Notes under the pieces: model-generated | Told to the model about the DNA's origin: nothing | What the model saw: only the letters and a program-made list of their open reading frames with translations | Databases searched by the model: none | Shown here: positions 9,663 through 20,400 of the stretch, piece by piece | Layout: every line of letters starts with the position of its first letter | Position numbering within the stretch: the first letter of the stretch is position 1 | Assembly (NCBI GenBank): GCA_945875065.1 | Contig: CAMCJC010000001.1 | Location: 1-32,553 of the forward strand | Reading direction: 5' to 3' | Length of the DNA: 32,553 nucleotides | From: an uncultured Propionibacteriaceae bacterium | Lineage (GTDB): Bacteria; Actinomycetota; Actinomycetes; Propionibacteriales; Propionibacteriaceae | Made by a program: the position numbers and the translations under genes

Positions 9663-9839
9663 ATGACCCCCATCGACTACCTGCTCGTGCAGATCGCGGC
9701 CTGGATACCAGCTCGCCGTGATGAGCGTGGGCTCTCCCAATCCACCGAGAACGCGATCCTGCTCGCCGGCGCGGTATCGATCGCAACCCTCATCATCACG
9801 CTCCTGACTAGCTATATCTCGGGCAAGCTCCCGAAGTAG
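9663..9839 (+). CDS. Flp-type (type IVc) prepilin
   Basis: Basic leader RRDERG|LSQSTE followed by a long hydrophobic helix, 58 aa. GAAAGGAA RBS before ATG 9663. Follows tadC. Confidence 0.8.
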   Translation: MTPIDYLLVQIAAWIPARRDERGLSQSTENAILLAGAVSIATLIITLLTSYISGKLPK

Positions 9840-9864
9840 CCGCCCTGTAATTAGGAGGAGCCTC

Positions 9865-12423
9865 GTGAAACGCGTTCTGGGCCCGATACTGGCCACGTTG
9901 CTGCTCGTCGGCATCGTGGTTGGCGTGCCCTGGCTGCTCACACAGTGGGGGCGCTTGGTTTCCCTGTCCTCAATCAACTGGGCGACCGTGCTAAGACGAC
10001 CCGACGACGGGTCGCTCACGATGACCGCGCTGACTCTGACTGGTTGGGCCGCTTGGGCGTGCCTAACCTGGACCATCATCGCGGAGGTCGTGGAACAAGC
10101 CACCCAGAAACGCCTGCGACTTCGGTCCCCCGGCACGGGGTGGTTAAGGCCCATAGTCGCGCTGCTGGTAGCGGCGGCCCTGTCACCGGTTATCGCTTCG
10201 CATGCGGCCTCACCCGACGCTTCACCACCGTGGACAGCGCCAGTCCAAGCGCCGACAGCCCCGGCAGCAGGGCCACTCGACGACGGCACCGTCCCGGATA
10301 CGCCCGAGCAGGAACAGCCGTGGCGCGAGCACACGGTCCGCCCCGGCGAGGAGTTGTGGGACATCGCGGAGGCTCGGCTGGGGCGCGGCAACGCGTGGCG
10401 CGAGATAGTGGCGGCGAACCCCGGTCTCGATCCGGATCGAGAGTTGACGGCCGGCACCGTGCTTCGGCTTCCCAAGGTGATCCCGGTCACGCCGGGTGAC
10501 TCTCTGTGGCAGCTCGCGGACGAGCATTTGGACGATCCGGCGCGCTGGCCGGAGCTGTACGAGGCCAACCGGGACCTGATCGCTGATCCGGACGAGATCG
10601 AAATCGGGTGGCAGCTCACGCTGCCAGGACGCGAGATAGCCAAGGCAGCCGACACGCAGCAGGCCGCCCCTTCGACGTCCTCTCCCAAGCCGAAACCTCC
10701 CACTCCGAAGACGCCTGAGCCTTCCAGGACCGGTCGTTCGGCGGTGCCGCAGCCTGCTGAGGCGGGGGTTCCGAAGCACGCCGCTTCCGCGCCAGCTGGG
10801 CCGGGTAGTTCCCTCGCGGTTCGAGTGTTGGGGCCGATCAGCGTCGCTCTGGCGGCGGGACTGTTTGCAGCACTCGTCGCCCGCCATCGCGGCTGGCTGA
10901 GTCAGCGCGCGGTGGGACAACGCCTGGCTACGACAGGTCCCCTGGCCACTCACTGGGCGGCTCTGTCCGTTAGAGCCGATGAGCCCGCCCCCGATCTCCC
11001 GGCTGGGCTCACCCCAACCACGGTCCTGCTCGGCTGGAGCCAAGATGAGGAGGTTTGGCTTGACCTGGCAGAGCGCCCACTTTGGCTCTCAGGCGACGGC
11101 CAAGCGGGCGACGGGGTGCGAGCCGGCATCTGGTGCAGCCTCCTGACTGCCAACTGGTCGTCAACGGTCGAGGTGGTCGCCGTTGATCCGCCCGAGGAGT
11201 GGGCCAAGGCCGTGGATGACCCTCGCCTGACACAGCTCGCCGGGGCAACTGGACTAGAGGAGCTCGACCGTCTCGTACTCGCGCGCCGCGCCGCGCTGGC
11301 GGGACGCCCCCTCGCCGAAGCACTCACGGACTCGGATGTTGCCGACGATCTGCCGCCCACCGTATTCGTCTTCTGCCGACGGTTGAGCGTCACTGACGCC
11401 CGCAGAGTACAAGCCCTACTCGACGGGGCGCCGGTCGCAGTGAGCGTGGTCGCCTCGGTCATGGCCGGGCGCGACCTGCGGGGGACAAGCGTGCATCTGG
11501 AGTCCCAGTCAGTCGCGGTGTTCGACGGACGCCGCATCACGCCACAGCTGTTGCAGGCTCCCGCACGCCGGGCGATCGTGGGCCTGTTCGCGGCCACCAG
11601 CCAAGCCGAGGATGCGCCATGGTGGCGCACCGATCTCCCCGGCAACATCACCGTGCTTCCCACCAGTCCAGTTCCCGAGGACGCAAAGATGCCTAAGGAG
11701 CCCACCTCCCCCACCCTGCGGCTGCTCGGCCCAGTCGAACTCGTCGCTTACGACGGCCAGGTCCCCACCCGTTGTGTTGGCCGGTGCCTGGAGGTTTGCG
11801 CGTGGCTGCTCGCCAACCCTGGGGCCACGCCCACCCAGATGCGCGAATCCCTGCTCATCGCCGAGGGCACGCGCCGCTCCAACGTCTCGCGCCTCAGATC
11901 CTGGCTCGGCAGAGGGCCGGACGGGGAGCATCTGCCGGATGCGTACTCGGGACGGATCCAGTTGGCGCCCACCGTCTCCAGCGACTGGGAGAAGTTCCAG
12001 TCCTTGACCTCGGGCGGCGTGAACCGCACGAGTGACGCGCTGCTGGCGGAATCGCTGGCGCTGGTACGTGGCGCGCCTTTGGACGGGTACGAGTTCCAGT
12101 GGGGCTGGGCGGAGCAGCAGCGCTGCGACATGCTCGGCATGATCGTCGACGCCGCCGCGGTGTTGTCCGAGCGTTCCGTCGCGCGTGGCGACTTTGCTAT
12201 GGCGGAATGGGCCTTGAGACAAGGGATGCTCGCAGCGCCCGACAGCGAAGTGCTGGCTGCCCGGCATATTCTGCTGCGTTCGGCGCAGCGCGACCAAGCG
12301 GCCGTGGACCGCGAGGTGTTGCAGTTGACTCGTGCGGCCCGAGCTGCCGGGCGGGATTTGACCGATTCGACGGTCCGGATCATCCAGAAGGCCCTGGCCG
12401 ATTGCAGAGCGGTGGTGCCGTGA
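9865..12423 (+). CDS. Membrane protein with 2 LysM domains and C-terminal SARP-like wHTH/BTAD regulator domain
   Basis: N-terminal TMs; two LysM motifs (HTVRPGEELWDIA...W.EI..AN and VTPGDSLWQLA...W.ELYEANR..I.DPD.I..GW.L.LP); Pro-rich linker; TM; then LRLLGPVEL...SRLRSWLG and DWEKF...LALVRGAP (BTAD). AGGAGGAG RBS. Confidence 0.8.
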   Translation: MKRVLGPILATLLLVGIVVGVPWLLTQWGRLVSLSSINWATVLRRPDDGSLTMTALTLTGWAAWACLTWTIIAEVVEQATQKRLRLRSPGTGWLRPIVALLVAAALSPVIASHAASPDASPPWTAPVQAPTAPAAGPLDDGTVPDTPEQEQPWREHTVRPGEELWDIAEARLGRGNAWREIVAANPGLDPDRELTAGTVLRLPKVIPVTPGDSLWQLADEHLDDPARWPELYEANRDLIADPDEIEIGWQLTLPGREIAKAADTQQAAPSTSSPKPKPPTPKTPEPSRTGRSAVPQPAEAGVPKHAASAPAGPGSSLAVRVLGPISVALAAGLFAALVARHRGWLSQRAVGQRLATTGPLATHWAALSVRADEPAPDLPAGLTPTTVLLGWSQDEEVWLDLAERPLWLSGDGQAGDGVRAGIWCSLLTANWSSTVEVVAVDPPEEWAKAVDDPRLTQLAGATGLEELDRLVLARRAALAGRPLAEALTDSDVADDLPPTVFVFCRRLSVTDARRVQALLDGAPVAVSVVASVMAGRDLRGTSVHLESQSVAVFDGRRITPQLLQAPARRAIVGLFAATSQAEDAPWWRTDLPGNITVLPTSPVPEDAKMPKEPTSPTLRLLGPVELVAYDGQVPTRCVGRCLEVCAWLLANPGATPTQMRESLLIAEGTRRSNVSRLRSWLGRGPDGEHLPDAYSGRIQLAPTVSSDWEKFQSLTSGGVNRTSDALLAESLALVRGAPLDGYEFQWGWAEQQRCDMLGMIVDAAAVLSERSVARGDFAMAEWALRQGMLAAPDSEVLAARHILLRSAQRDQAAVDREVLQLTRAARAAGRDLTDSTVRIIQKALADCRAVVP

Positions 12424-12432
12424 TGAGATCGT

Positions 12433-14607
12433 TCAGATCACGAGCGCCAGCAGGTGCGGCAGAGCTGCGAGAACCGCGGACCACGCCACGACGACGGTAT
12501 CGGCGGGCTTCCAGGGTGCCTCACCAAGCCACGTGCGCCTGCCCGGTGCTGAGTAGCCACGCGAGTCCATGGCGACGGCGAGGCGGCCGGCCCGGCGGAC
12601 GGTCTCCACGAGGAGGGCGAAGCACATGCCGCTCCAGTGGCGAACGCGCGCCACCGGCCCCTTCCCGGGTCCGAGGCCGCGGACTCTTCTGCCTTGCGCC
12701 AGTTCCTGCCAGAGTGCCGCGAACTCGCCGAGCCGCCGCAGCGCGGCGACCATGGCCAATACTGGCCTGGCTGGCAGGTGGAGTCGCCCGCCGAGATGGT
12801 CACCGAGGGTGGTTGGTGCCAGGTAAGTTGCGGCGACGATTCCGGGGATAACGACGAATCCGACGCGTAGTGCCGCCACGAGGGCAGGTCCGATGCTCGG
12901 GGGTGAGGCCAGGATCCAGTTGGACCAGGCGACCGAGACCAGCGCTATGCCGGCGGGGAAGAGGCGCCCCAGAGGGAAGCGCCAGCCGGCTAGCGCTGCC
13001 CCGGTCACGAGCATGGTTCCGCACGCGAACGCCAGGGGCAGCAGTTCGGAGGCGGCGAGGCCTCCGATGGTTAGCAGCACTACTCCAAGCAGGAGCGACA
13101 GCGGCCCGGCCCGCGACAGCAGGCCTCGACCGGTACTCACCGGCTCAGGCTTGGCCGGGCGGGGCGGTGGAAGGCAAAGTTGCCGATTAGCTTGGGCCGC
13201 CAAAGCCTCGTCGTGGGTGGCGACCAAGACACCCCCGTTTGCGGCCCGATGCGCCGCAAGGAGTCCGACGACTGCCGCCCAGCAGTGGCGGTCGAGCCCT
13301 ACGGTCGGTTCGTCCGCAGCCACGAAAGCTGGGCTGTGCAGGAGTGCGGAGGCGACGGCGAGACGTCGCTGTTCGCCGCCAGACAGGCTCAGCGGGTGGC
13401 GCTGCGTCAACGACTCCAGGCCCAGCGCCGTGAGGAGTTCGCAGCCTCGGGGCTCGGACTCGGTGCGCGGATGGCCAAGAGCATCGGCCGTGGCCAGGAG
13501 CGACTCTAAAACGGTGTTGCCCTTAACGAGAGCCTCACCGAACTGTGGGACCCACCCCACCCGGGAGGCCAGGTCACGAGAGGTCCAAGCGCTGGGTGTT
13601 TCAGGGAATCCGGTGAGCTCGACGGTCCCGGCATCCGTGGGCAAGAGGCCAAGGAGCGCCGCGATGAGAGTGCTCTTGCCTGCGCCGCTCGCCCCGCGAA
13701 GCGCAACGAAGCTGCCCGGGGAGACGTCGATCGTCTGGTCCTCTACGACGAGCCGCGGCCTCCTCGGGACCATTCTCAGGGTGAGAGCGGGGCGACGCGA
13801 GACAGCTAGGTCACTGCCACACAGCTCTGCTGGAGTGGCTATGGGCGGGAGGTTGACTGGAGCGGGCTTAGGCGGGGGCGCGCCAGGCACCCACAGCCCC
13901 AGAGCCAGCAACTCGTCTTGGTGCGCCTCAACGATCGCGCCGATCGGACCATCGAACCGGAGGCGGCCGCCGTCCAAGACGACAAGTCGCTCGACGATGC
14001 CAGACCAGCCGGCGATGTCGTGATCGGCCACAACCAGAGATGCTGCGGTTCGGTCCAGAACCGAACCGATGGCGGACCGCACCTCGGTAGCCGCGGCGGC
14101 GTCAAGCATTGAGACGGGCTCATCAAGCAGCAGGACGGCCGGGCGAAGCGCCAACACGCCCGCTATGGCGAGGCGCTGCGCCTGCCCACCGGACAGCTCG
14201 GCCGTATCGTGATCCTGGCCGTAGGGAAAGCCGACCAGTCGGAGCGCCTCAGCGACGCGTTCTCGGATCTCCTCCCTGGCGAGCCCGAGATTCTCCGGGC
14301 CGAAGGCGACATCGCGTCCAACCGTCTCGGCCACCACGGAGTCGAACGGCTGCTGCTGGATGAGGCCGACATCGGCGCGCCCGGCATCGGCCGGCCGATC
14401 CGCGATGCGGATGGTGCCGGCTAGTTGTCCTGGGGTTTGCTCTTCCAGCACGCCCGCCAGGGCTCGCAGCAGCGTCGACTTTCCGGCCCCGCTAACCCCG
14501 GCGATCAAGACCCGCTCAGCCGGTGCGATCTTAAGGTCAATCGCTTCTAAGGTCGGACTCGAAGCCCCCAACGGCTGCCAGGTAAGGGCGTCGATGTCGA
14601 TACTCAC
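12433..14607 (-). CDS. ECF transporter: duplicated ATPase fused to EcfT transmembrane component (YkoD-YkoC-like)
   Basis: Two ABC domains (GVSGAGKS/LSGGQ/LLLDEP and GASGAGKS/LSGGE/ADEP) followed by TMs and the EcfT motif AMDSRG. Start GTG 14607 overlaps the upstream TGA (GTGA). Confidence 0.88.
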   Translation of the reverse strand: MSIDIDALTWQPLGASSPTLEAIDLKIAPAERVLIAGVSGAGKSTLLRALAGVLEEQTPGQLAGTIRIADRPADAGRADVGLIQQQPFDSVVAETVGRDVAFGPENLGLAREEIRERVAEALRLVGFPYGQDHDTAELSGGQAQRLAIAGVLALRPAVLLLDEPVSMLDAAAATEVRSAIGSVLDRTAASLVVADHDIAGWSGIVERLVVLDGGRLRFDGPIGAIVEAHQDELLALGLWVPGAPPPKPAPVNLPPIATPAELCGSDLAVSRRPALTLRMVPRRPRLVVEDQTIDVSPGSFVALRGASGAGKSTLIAALLGLLPTDAGTVELTGFPETPSAWTSRDLASRVGWVPQFGEALVKGNTVLESLLATADALGHPRTESEPRGCELLTALGLESLTQRHPLSLSGGEQRRLAVASALLHSPAFVAADEPTVGLDRHCWAAVVGLLAAHRAANGGVLVATHDEALAAQANRQLCLPPPRPAKPEPVSTGRGLLSRAGPLSLLLGVVLLTIGGLAASELLPLAFACGTMLVTGAALAGWRFPLGRLFPAGIALVSVAWSNWILASPPSIGPALVAALRVGFVVIPGIVAATYLAPTTLGDHLGGRLHLPARPVLAMVAALRRLGEFAALWQELAQGRRVRGLGPGKGPVARVRHWSGMCFALLVETVRRAGRLAVAMDSRGYSAPGRRTWLGEAPWKPADTVVVAWSAVLAALPHLLALVI

Positions 14608-15227
14608 GCGCGCGCCGCCAACCGCGCCCGACCAGGCGGGAAGGCGTCGAGGGCGCCGGTGGCGGCCAGGGCCTTCATCAACGCCCAGCCGCCCAAGCCC
14701 GCGACCAGAGCCCCGGAGATGAGGCCGAATCCCAGGGAGATGAACCGCTGGGTCCAGCTGTACTCGGTCTGGTACACCCACCACTCATAGGCCGCGATCT
14801 CGAGGGTAGCCGCCAGCAAGCCACCCAGGATCGCGATCGCTACGCGCCACTGCCGCCACAGCAGGAAGGCAACGGCAATCTCCATGCCCAGGCCCTGCAA
14901 CGCTCCGGACAGCATCACGTTGAGGCCCCACTTGTTGCCCAACAGCGCCTCAACGCTCGCGGCGAGCAACTCACACAACAGCGCGGCGCCGGGGCGACGC
15001 ACCACCAACGCACCGACGATGGCGGGCAGGACCCAAACTCCAACTGTGATACTCGCCCCGGGCGGGAACACAGCGAAAGCCGCTTCGATGGCGGGGTAGC
15101 AGGCAATATCCCAGCCCCAGAAGGCGACGCCGAAGGCCACGCCGAGCAGTGCGAGAGTCACCAGGTCTACCGAACGCCACTTCCAGGGCCCGCCGATGGC
15201 AAGGTGCGGGGGCTGTTTGAAGGTCAT
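14604..15227 (-). CDS. ykoE: ECF S-component for thiamine/HMP (YkoE family)
   Basis: W(K)WRSVDLV...LGVAFGV.F, RRPGAALL.EL.AA.VE.LLG..WG and QGLG.E motifs. AGGAG RBS before ATG 15227. Lies downstream of a TPP riboswitch. Confidence 0.88.
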   Translation of the reverse strand: MTFKQPPHLAIGGPWKWRSVDLVTLALLGVAFGVAFWGWDIACYPAIEAAFAVFPPGASITVGVWVLPAIVGALVVRRPGAALLCELLAASVEALLGNKWGLNVMLSGALQGLGMEIAVAFLLWRQWRVAIAILGGLLAATLEIAAYEWWVYQTEYSWTQRFISLGFGLISGALVAGLGGWALMKALAATGALDAFPPGRARLAARA

Positions 15228-15296
15228 GAGCACTCCTAAGGTCTGTTACGTACCCGGAGGGAAACCGCCGCGGCTGCCGCGACGAGATGAGATTCC

Positions 15297-15380
15297 CGAC
15301 TCCCTACGCCGGTCCTAACCGGTTCAGGTTCGAGGGTCTGCGGACTTCCGCACTCTCAGCGCTGATGCGCTCCCCTGTCG
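15297..15380 (-). ncRNA. TPP (THI-box) riboswitch
   Basis: Minus strand reads CGACAGGGGAGCGC..GCGCTGAGAG..GACCCTCGAACCTGAACCGGTTAGGACCGGCGTAGGGAGTCG, containing the conserved TPP elements and P1 CGAC/GTCG pairing. Upstream of ykoE. Confidence 0.95.
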
Positions 15381-15462
15381 TTGCGACCGACTCTATCGCA
15401 CCGCTCCGAACAGAGCGGTGCGGGCCGGTGACGGTCCGTGGGCGAGCAACTACGATGGTCCG

Positions 15463-17403
15463 GTGATCAGACGGCTGGTGTGTTGCGTGCTGCTGGTGGC
15501 GGCCGTTCTTACCGGTCGACCGTCGGCGCCGGCAGCCGCCGACCCGTCCGGAGTCACGGGCGAAGTCGCGATCACCATTGAGGCGATGAGCCCGACCGTC
15601 CTCGACCTGACTAATCCTTCGCAGGTGGTGACGATCAAAGGGTCTGCGCGCAACAACAGCGGAGCGACCCTGCACAGCGTCAACCTACATTTCTGGCGCT
15701 CGCAGACCCCGCTCGAGTCGCATTCGGAACTGACCGATGCCTTGGATTCCAAGCCCGACGATCCCCTGGGCCGCAGGCTCCCCGAACAAGGCGGCGACCC
15801 CAGCAACTATCAGTCATTCGCAACCCTTGCCCCCGGAGCATCCACACCGTTTACCGTCAGCGCCACGATCCGTGACCTCGGTCTCGGAACGGATGAGGCT
15901 GTTTACCTACTCGGGGTGCACGCTCGAGGCACAGATTCCCCCGACGGTAAGCGCGATACTCTCGGCCGAGGGCGCATCCTCGCACCGGCGAGCCGCAATA
16001 CCCTCCCGGTGGCCACCGCAGTAAAGCTCACGACCACCCCCACCCTCATCGGAGCCACCGACTTCGTCTCCGACGATCTCGACAAGGCCGTGGCAGGCGA
16101 TCTCGAAGCCATGGTCGCTTTCGCCGAGCGCTCCGAGCGAACCGTGCTGCTGGATCCGGCTTTGCTAGTCGAATTGCGGGCCCTCAGCACCGAGCACACC
16201 ACCGCCGGTGTTCCGCGAGCCGGCAGTTCAGCAGCGGTCGCGCTGCGAGAGCGGATCTCGACCCTAATCGAGAAGGGCCGAGTGCTGCGCCTCCCCTACG
16301 GCGACCCGGATCTGGCCCGCCTATATGCTGCGGGCAACCTTAATGACTTCGAGACAGGCCTCAGCTGGACATCGACAGCACTCGCGACGGCGAACCTTCC
16401 CGAGGTAGCCCAACTACCCCTGGTGGCCGATCTGGGAAGGTACGCAAACGAGGATCTCACCTTGCTGCTGGCACGCGCCGGGTGCGTCCGCATCTTCGGC
16501 GACAACTACCAAGCCAGCGGCTCCGAAGCGACCACAGACGGCCGACACACCACTGTCCACGCCGTCGATCGACTGGACGCGCCCGGCATGGGTCCGGGCG
16601 ATGCTAGCACCGCAGTCCAACTGCTGCAGCGTCGTCTAGCCGAAGAGGTACTCAAGAACGGTACGCGCGTTCACATCGTGCGCACCGCCGCCGACCTGCC
16701 GCGCGCGGAACTCGTTCCTGGCGTTGAGCGAGCGGTCCCGCTGCCCAACCGAGAGGTCCCCGTCCGCTACGACATCACGCCCCAGCAAGCCCCCAAGTGG
16801 TCCGGGCTTGCGAACCGCGCCAAGAGTCTGTTCAGCGACTCGCAGCTCCTAGAGGAACTAACCGGCACCGACCGTTCCGCAGTGAATGCCACCGCGGCCT
16901 CACAGGCCTACAGCACCCAGTTCACGAGCGAGGACCAGGCGCTGGCGTTCCTCGGCGCCCTCCCCGACGAGCAGGCCACCGCCCGCGAGGTGCGCCTCAG
17001 TTCGGCGTCGCAGATCGTGCTGGGTTCGGACCGCAATGTGTTCCCGATGACGGTCACCAACCCACTTAAGGTGCCGGTGCGCCTTCGGGTGGAGTTTGAC
17101 AGCAACTCGCCCAACCGAGTCGACATTCCGACGTCGGAGATCGTCACGGTGGGTCCGGGCGAGCAACACACGGTTAGCGTCACGCCGATCGCGAAGGCGA
17201 ACGGCGTGGTAACGATTCAGGCCCAGCTGGCAACGGTTGAAGGCACGCGATTCGGACCGGTCGTCCCTGTGGAGGTCAGCGCCACGGGTTTTGGGCGAGT
17301 CGGCTGGATCATCATCATAGTGTCCGGTGCAGTAGTGCTAGGTGGCACTTTCCTGAGGATCAGGGCTGTGCAGAGGGAACGGTCCAGGGAGGGTCGTGAG
17401 TAG
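15463..17403 (+). CDS. Secreted, C-terminally anchored protein (DUF6049-like) typically upstream of actinobacterial murJ
   Basis: Signal peptide (IRRLVCCVLLVAAVL...AAA-D), LLDPALL and LPYGDPD motifs, C-terminal Ig-like region (P.TVTN.L..PV..R) and TM. Overlaps the murJ start. Likely leaderless GTG 15463. Confidence 0.75.
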   Translation: MIRRLVCCVLLVAAVLTGRPSAPAAADPSGVTGEVAITIEAMSPTVLDLTNPSQVVTIKGSARNNSGATLHSVNLHFWRSQTPLESHSELTDALDSKPDDPLGRRLPEQGGDPSNYQSFATLAPGASTPFTVSATIRDLGLGTDEAVYLLGVHARGTDSPDGKRDTLGRGRILAPASRNTLPVATAVKLTTTPTLIGATDFVSDDLDKAVAGDLEAMVAFAERSERTVLLDPALLVELRALSTEHTTAGVPRAGSSAAVALRERISTLIEKGRVLRLPYGDPDLARLYAAGNLNDFETGLSWTSTALATANLPEVAQLPLVADLGRYANEDLTLLLARAGCVRIFGDNYQASGSEATTDGRHTTVHAVDRLDAPGMGPGDASTAVQLLQRRLAEEVLKNGTRVHIVRTAADLPRAELVPGVERAVPLPNREVPVRYDITPQQAPKWSGLANRAKSLFSDSQLLEELTGTDRSAVNATAASQAYSTQFTSEDQALAFLGALPDEQATAREVRLSSASQIVLGSDRNVFPMTVTNPLKVPVRLRVEFDSNSPNRVDIPTSEIVTVGPGEQHTVSVTPIAKANGVVTIQAQLATVEGTRFGPVVPVEVSATGFGRVGWIIIIVSGAVVLGGTFLRIRAVQRERSREGRE

Positions 17404-20400
17404 TACCAAGGCTGGTGTATCCAGCACGCGCAAATTGCTGTCGGCGAGTGTGCTGATGGCATCAGGAACGCTCATCTCGCGCTTCCTCGGCTTCATCCGG
17501 ACGTTCCTCGTCGCGTTCATCCTCGGCAACGGCACCCGCCAAGCCGACATCCTCAGCCTGGCCAACACCATCCCCACCGCCCTCTACACTCTGTTTGCCG
17601 GCGGCGCCCTCAACACCGTCTTGGTGCCACAGATTGTACGTGCGATCCGCCATGACGACGACGGCGGCGAAGCTTACACCAACCGCATCATCACCGCGTT
17701 CATGTTCGTGATCGGCGTCGTCACCGTCATCATGGTGCTGTTCACGCCCCTGATCACGTGGCTGTACGTCGCCGACGAGTGGCGTGCCCCAGACCTAACG
17801 TCACAGTACGGGTCCATGGTGCTGATGACGTACCTGACGATGCCGCAAATCTTCTTCTACGGTGTCTTCTACCTCTTCGGCCAAGTCCTTAACGCCCGGG
17901 ACAAGTTCGGGCCGATGATGTGGGCTCCGATCGCCAACAACATCGTCTCCATCGCCGTGATGGCGATGTACCTGGTGGTCTGGGGTACCTCCGGAAACCA
18001 CGCCGCCGCGTTCACCCTCCAGCAGAATCTACTGCTCGGCGCCGGCGCGACTCTCGGCATCGTAGTCCAAGCCCTGGTGTTGATGCCTTATCTGCGAAAG
18101 GTCGGGTTCAAATATCGGCCCCGCTTCGACTGGCGCGGCGTTGGCTTGGGCCACACCCTCCACCTGACCAAATGGACCCTCGGGTTCGTGGCAGTGAACC
18201 AGGTCGTGCTGATGGTTGTGCAGCGCCTGGCAACCTCCGCGACGGCCGAGGGCTCGGGTGGCGGCGTCACCGTCTATAACAACGCCCACCTAATGTGGAT
18301 CCTCCCCCATTCGCTGGTGACAGTCTCCCTGGTCACGGCGATGCTGCCCAGCGCCTCGCGCTTCGCCGCCGCAGGTGATCTTGATGGCGTCGCCCAGGAG
18401 GCGCGCAAGACCCTGCGGCTGTCGCTGATCGCGCTGGTCCCAGCAACCGTGGCGTTCCTGGCCCTGGCGGGCCCCATGTCGGTGCTGCTGTTCGGCCACG
18501 GTCAGGGAAGCCGCGACGCCGTGCTGGTCGCCTGGGCACTGATGGCGTTTGCTACTGGCTTGATCCCTTACACGATGCAGGCCGTTTACCTGCGAACCTT
18601 CTACGCGCTTGAAGACACCCGCACCCCGTTCTTCCTCCAGTGCGCAATCGCTGCTACAAACGCGATCGTCGCGGTGATCCTCGTTTCTCTGATCAACTCC
18701 CCGAGCTGGACCGCGGCCCTGCTGGCGCTCGCCAACGCCGCCGCCTATCTCCTCGGAGTGCAGCTCACCTGGCGCTTCTTGCGCCGCAAAGTGCCAGCGC
18801 TGGAGGGTATGGAAACCGTCCTCCACATCATGCGTCTGCTGATCGCCGCCAGCGTCGGCGGCGTCCCCGCATGGTTCGCCGCCGACTTCATCATGCGGGC
18901 GATCCCCAACGGACTCATAGGTCCGATGGTCGCACTCCTCGTCGGCGGCGGTTTGCTCCTAGTCGGCTACGTGCTTGTAGGCAAACTGCTCAAGGTCCGC
19001 GAACTGCGGAACATGACGGATCTCCTCAAATCACGCCTGGGACGCCGCCCCGCCGGAAAGCCGAAACCCGAAAAGGATGAGGGTTCGATCCCGAACGAGC
19101 CACCGGTGCCGACGATCTCGACCGAGGCTGCCACCGCAGCAGCCATGGTCGATGACCTCATGCCTACCGCGATCCACTCGATCATCGTCGACAGCGACTT
19201 CAACGGTTGGGACGCCGCCCGGCTGCCCGATCACCATCGTCGCCGTAAGCCCACGCCGGCGATGCCGCCGATGATGCACACGGAGTTCGAAGACTCCGTC
19301 TCTACGGCTATTCGTCCCGCGGCCGCGATCCAAGACGACGAGGACACCGACGACCGTAGCGAGATGCCCGTCCCCGACGAGAACTCGCTGCTGCCGCAGC
19401 CGCTCCCAGAGCCGTCCCCTGCGCCCGTCTGGGAGCCTAAGCTGGTACAGGCAGGTGACCTGCTCTCCACGCGCTTCAGGATCGAGGAGATCATGGCGAT
19501 CCGGGAGGGCGTCGAGACCTGGCGTGCTCACGACATGGTGCTCTCTCGCGATGTCGTCGCACACGTCTTGCCGGCCGATGGCCCTCGTAACGAAGAGTTG
19601 CTGGCCTCTGCCCGCAAGGGCGCGACGGCGACTGACGCTCGCTTCCTGCGAGTCTTGGACGCCGTCAACTTGGAAGGGGATCGCCGCGGCATCGGCGGCT
19701 ACGTCGTATGCGAGTATGCTGCTGGCCGTTCCCTGACCGAGTTGATGAGGTTCGGCACCTTCACCACGCTGGAAGCGTCCTGGGTCGTCTATGAACTAGC
19801 CGACGCCCTGATCGCCCCCCATGGCCAAGGCCTGTTCCACGAGCATCTCAATCCCGACAACGTTGTGATCACGACCCTTGGTGCCGTGAAGATCGTCGGC
19901 TTCGGCATTGAGGCGGGGCTCGCGCCCAGCGACGAGGCACGCTGGCTGGACCGCGAAGCCGCCGACGTCAAGGGGCTCGCATCGCTGCTGTACGCGATGC
20001 TCGTAAGCCACTGGCCCGGCTCGTCCGGCTGGGGCCTTCCTGCGGCACCAGTAATTGCGGGCGAAACCGCTCCGGCGCACACGGTCGCCGGTGGAGTCTC
20101 CCCGGTTTTGGACCGGATCTGCTCGGCAGCCCTCACCCAGCGTGGTGCCGTGAGCGACCCCCGAATCACGACGGCGTCACAGCTGGCAGACCGCCTAGCC
20201 GAGGTGCTGGGCGGCAGCGATGCCTCGTCGAACCTAGAGACCCGAGTGCGGCTGGCAGTCGAGAATCCGCATCAGCGCCGGCACCGCCCGCCGCGTCCCG
20301 TTTCACAACCGGTGGACGACGGCCCGCCGACGGTGGTACAGACGGCCGTCAAGGCCAAGCCCGCCGCCCAAGCCGTGACAGCCGCCGCCAAGCAGCACCC

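Noticed and set aside
12893-14023. 376-aa plus-strand ORF
   Set aside because: Antisense to the ECF ATPase; low-complexity shadow.
14608-14784. N-terminal extension of the ECF ATPase ORF
   Set aside because: Overlaps ykoE; the GTGA-coupled start at 14607 is more plausible.
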